A stretch of 64,000 bases of DNA, taken from the IMG/VR virus record IMGVR_UViG_3300006899_000005, one strand, 5' to 3'. Both the position numbers and the translations under genes were made by a program. The stretch is from a virus. The notes under the pieces are model-generated. The model ran no database searches, had not been told where the DNA came from, and saw nothing but the letters and a program-made list of their open reading frames with translations. This document shows, piece by piece, positions 62,248-64,000 of this stretch (position 1 is the first letter of the stretch; each line of letters opens with the position of its first letter).

Positions 62248-62411
62248 TGTCCTACCGGGTCACAAGGTCCAAGTCTTCTCCCATCGTCTCCTCCGTTTCA
62301 GGGGTCGAGTCTTCGGGTGACCACTGGTACGACGACAGCTCCAAGGTGGCCGCCGCCGTGGTCGTTTACATGGCAGCAGCGGGCGCCTTCTTCTGGGCGT
62401 TCAGGTCGTGA
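62247..62411 (+). CDS. small MSYR-family TM protein (54 aa, below ORF-track cutoff)
   Basis: MSYRVTRS...WYDD..KVAAAVVVYMAAAGAFFWAFRS. Confidence 0.65.
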   Translation: MSYRVTRSKSSPIVSSVSGVESSGDHWYDDSSKVAAAVVVYMAAAGAFFWAFRS

Positions 62412-62418
62412 GGGAAAA

Positions 62419-63153
62419 ATGAGCTATCGAGGTTTGGGTTTCACGGCTTCAGCCTCTCTGTCAACGAGCGGAGGTTTCAACACGAGCACCTCTTCCCTTC
62501 CTGCCGGAAGCTCGATCGACTGGGGCATGGTGTGCTCTGGAAAGGGAGGTCTCGCGTCGAAGTCGTACGTCAGCGACGCTGACTACAGCTTCAAGTGCGG
62601 CGATGGATTTGGCTGTCGAAAGAAGCCGGGATCTTCGGACGTGTGCGGGTACTCTTCCGGATCTGCCCCTCCGCCACCCCCTCCTTCGTTTCAGCCTTTC
62701 GCCTTCGTCGCCGCCAGCTACGGGCCAAGCCTGAGCACGATTGCCTCGGCGGCAAAGCCTGCGCCGACTGTGAGCTACATCCCCGGCCTGTCGTTCAGCA
62801 GCGGCACGAAGGTGACCAGCTACCTCCCGACGCCCAGCAGCGAGGCGGCTCCTCCGCCTCCTCCGCCTTCGTCTCAGCCTTTCGCCTTCGTCGCCGCCAG
62901 CTACGGGCCAAGCCTGAGCACGATTGCCTCGGCGGCAAAGCCTGCGCCGACTGTGAGCTACATCCCCGGCCTGTCGTTCAGCAGAGGCACGAAGGTGACC
63001 AGCTACCTCCCGACGCCCAGCAGCGAGGCGGCTCCTCCCGTGGCAACGCCAACGGGTCCCGTCGAAGAGAAGAACGAGTGGATTGTCCCGGCCGTCGTGG
63101 TCGGGGGGCTGATCGTCGCAGGGGCGATCTTCTACTTTGCGAGGAAAAACTGA
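62419..63153 (+). CDS. MSYRG-family membrane-anchored Cys/Pro-rich protein
   Basis: Four-Cys domain paralogous to 60896; 61-aa tandem repeat; C-terminal TM. Confidence 0.75.
   Translation: MSYRGLGFTASASLSTSGGFNTSTSSLPAGSSIDWGMVCSGKGGLASKSYVSDADYSFKCGDGFGCRKKPGSSDVCGYSSGSAPPPPPPSFQPFAFVAASYGPSLSTIASAAKPAPTVSYIPGLSFSSGTKVTSYLPTPSSEAAPPPPPPSSQPFAFVAASYGPSLSTIASAAKPAPTVSYIPGLSFSRGTKVTSYLPTPSSEAAPPVATPTGPVEEKNEWIVPAVVVGGLIVAGAIFYFARKN
62691..63038 (+). repeat. 183-bp in-frame near-identical tandem duplication
   Basis: Copies start at 62691 and 62874; AGC/AGA difference seen. Confidence 0.9.
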
Positions 63154-63581
63154 TGTCATACCGCGGACTTGGCGCAACGTCTCAAATCTACGACTGCGGC
63201 TACTCGACGAGCAAGAAGGTTCCGAGCGGCCTGAGCGCGAAGTACAAGTCGAGCTTCCCGTTCTCAAGCCAGCATTTCAAAAAGCTCCAGTGCGGATCGA
63301 CGAGCGTCTTCGCTGACGAGTGCAACCAGAGCGCGCAGCCTGGTCTCTGCCTCTACGCGAAGACGGCGGTGCCTGACGCGAGCGGCTACATCAAGAGCTA
63401 CCTGGGGAGGCCGGCGGAGCAGTCCGACTGGCAGGCGTGGAGGAACTGGCACCCTTCCTCGATGGAGGCCACGCCGGGCGCTCCTGCTGGAGAAGGCTTG
63501 TCGGACGCCGCCTTCTATGGCGGGATCGCAGCGGCGGTCGTCGTGGTCGGCGGCGCGCTGTGGTACGCTTCGAGGAGGTTA
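63153..63581 (+). CDS. MSYRG-family membrane-anchored protein (ends at TTA)
   Basis: MSYRGLG, four Cys, TM 'GGIAAAVVVVGGALWYASRR', then TTA. Confidence 0.7.
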
Positions 63582-63584
63582 CAG

Positions 63585-64000
63585 ATGGCCCAACTGTCGA
63601 TTTACGAGGGTGCTGCCGGGATTTCCGGCTACGAACAGGCGAGGGACTCTTTCGGATCGGACATGGTGTCCCCTGTCGCTCCGCCGGGCGGCAGGCCGCC
63701 TTCGGCGCCGCTCATCGCCCCCGATGTGCAGGTCCCTCAGTACAACCAGCCTGGCATCACGACCAAGCACGTCGTCATCGGCGCCATCATCGTCGGCGCT
63801 CTCTACTTCGGGTACAAGCACCTGTACCAGTCACCTGAAGAGCTGGCGGCCAACGACGACGACGACGGGGACGACTACGAGTCCAACTCCTCCAATTCCG
63901 GCTTCATGAAGCGCATGTCGAAGAACGGCAGCGACGACGAAGAGGACGAAGAGGACGACGACGAGGACGACGAAGAGGACGAAGAGGACGAAGAGGACGA
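63585..64000 (+). CDS. membrane protein with long acidic tail (runs off window)
   Basis: GAGGAGG RBS, MAQLSIYEG, TM 'VVIGAIIVGALYFGY', D/E run. Confidence 0.65.
   Translation, partial: MAQLSIYEGAAGISGYEQARDSFGSDMVSPVAPPGGRPPSAPLIAPDVQVPQYNQPGITTKHVVIGAIIVGALYFGYKHLYQSPEELAANDDDDGDDYESNSSNSGFMKRMSKNGSDDEEDEEDDDEDDEEDEEDEED

Larger units (their letters stand above)
481..63671. repeat. dispersed 13-bp palindrome GGACAYSRTGTCC (about 44 exact GGACA-N3-TGTCC copies plus near-matches)
   Basis: Read directly at 481,1177,2563,3612,4369,5592,7069,8488,10199,12446,13214,15448,17389,19009,20802,22389,23610,27515,29220,30387,31826,32636,33886,34991,36440,37982,39316,40430,41542,42840,45152,45632,49000,50913,51998,53991,54859,55774,57328,59548,60277,61429,62240,63659. 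Confidence 0.97.

Noticed and set aside
684..63581. Sequencing errors (TAA or TGA misread as TTA) as the cause of the missing stops
   Set aside because: The same codon recurs at 17 sites on both strands, and several TTAs also form part of an intact overlapping gene or a complementary TAA stop; read-level checking is still advisable.
481..63671. Palindrome array as a CRISPR array or as recombinase crossover sites
   Set aside because: Units are 13 bp, kilobases apart and mostly inside genes; they lack the spacer structure of CRISPR and the two-arm plus 6-8-bp core layout of tyrosine-recombinase sites.

Overview
A GC-rich, densely coding segment of a large bacterial virus genome; no capsid or terminase gene is visible here and the host cannot be assigned. 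It carries many small hypothetical genes, a ParB-like HTH protein, a giant 1526-aa tyrosine recombinase, a RecU-like resolvase, three GT-B glycosyltransferases plus a SAM methyltransferase, pentapeptide-repeat paralogues, two lytic transglycosylases, M23, C1 and transglutaminase-like proteases, a DNA adenine methylase, Pth2, tRNA-Arg(CCT), tandem AAA ATPases, fibre-like genes, an SF2 helicase, a Prim-Pol/D5 primase-helicase, an AT-rich non-coding region and a family of membrane-anchored 'MSYRG' proteins. Four things stand out. (1) TTA behaves as a fourth stop codon: 17 genes have an in-frame TTA at their natural 3' end, including TTATG stop/start overlaps and TTA/TAA stops shared by convergent genes, and I found no in-frame TTA inside the long genes I read. 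(2) A 13-bp palindrome GGACAYSRTGTCC occurs about 44 times, roughly every 1.5 kb. (3) Several intergenic mini-tRNA-like elements (acceptor stem plus T-arm) follow stop codons. (4) A fragment of a RelE-type toxin-antitoxin locus is inserted into a pentapeptide-repeat gene. CDS ends below use the TTA-stop reading where noted. All counts were made by eye.
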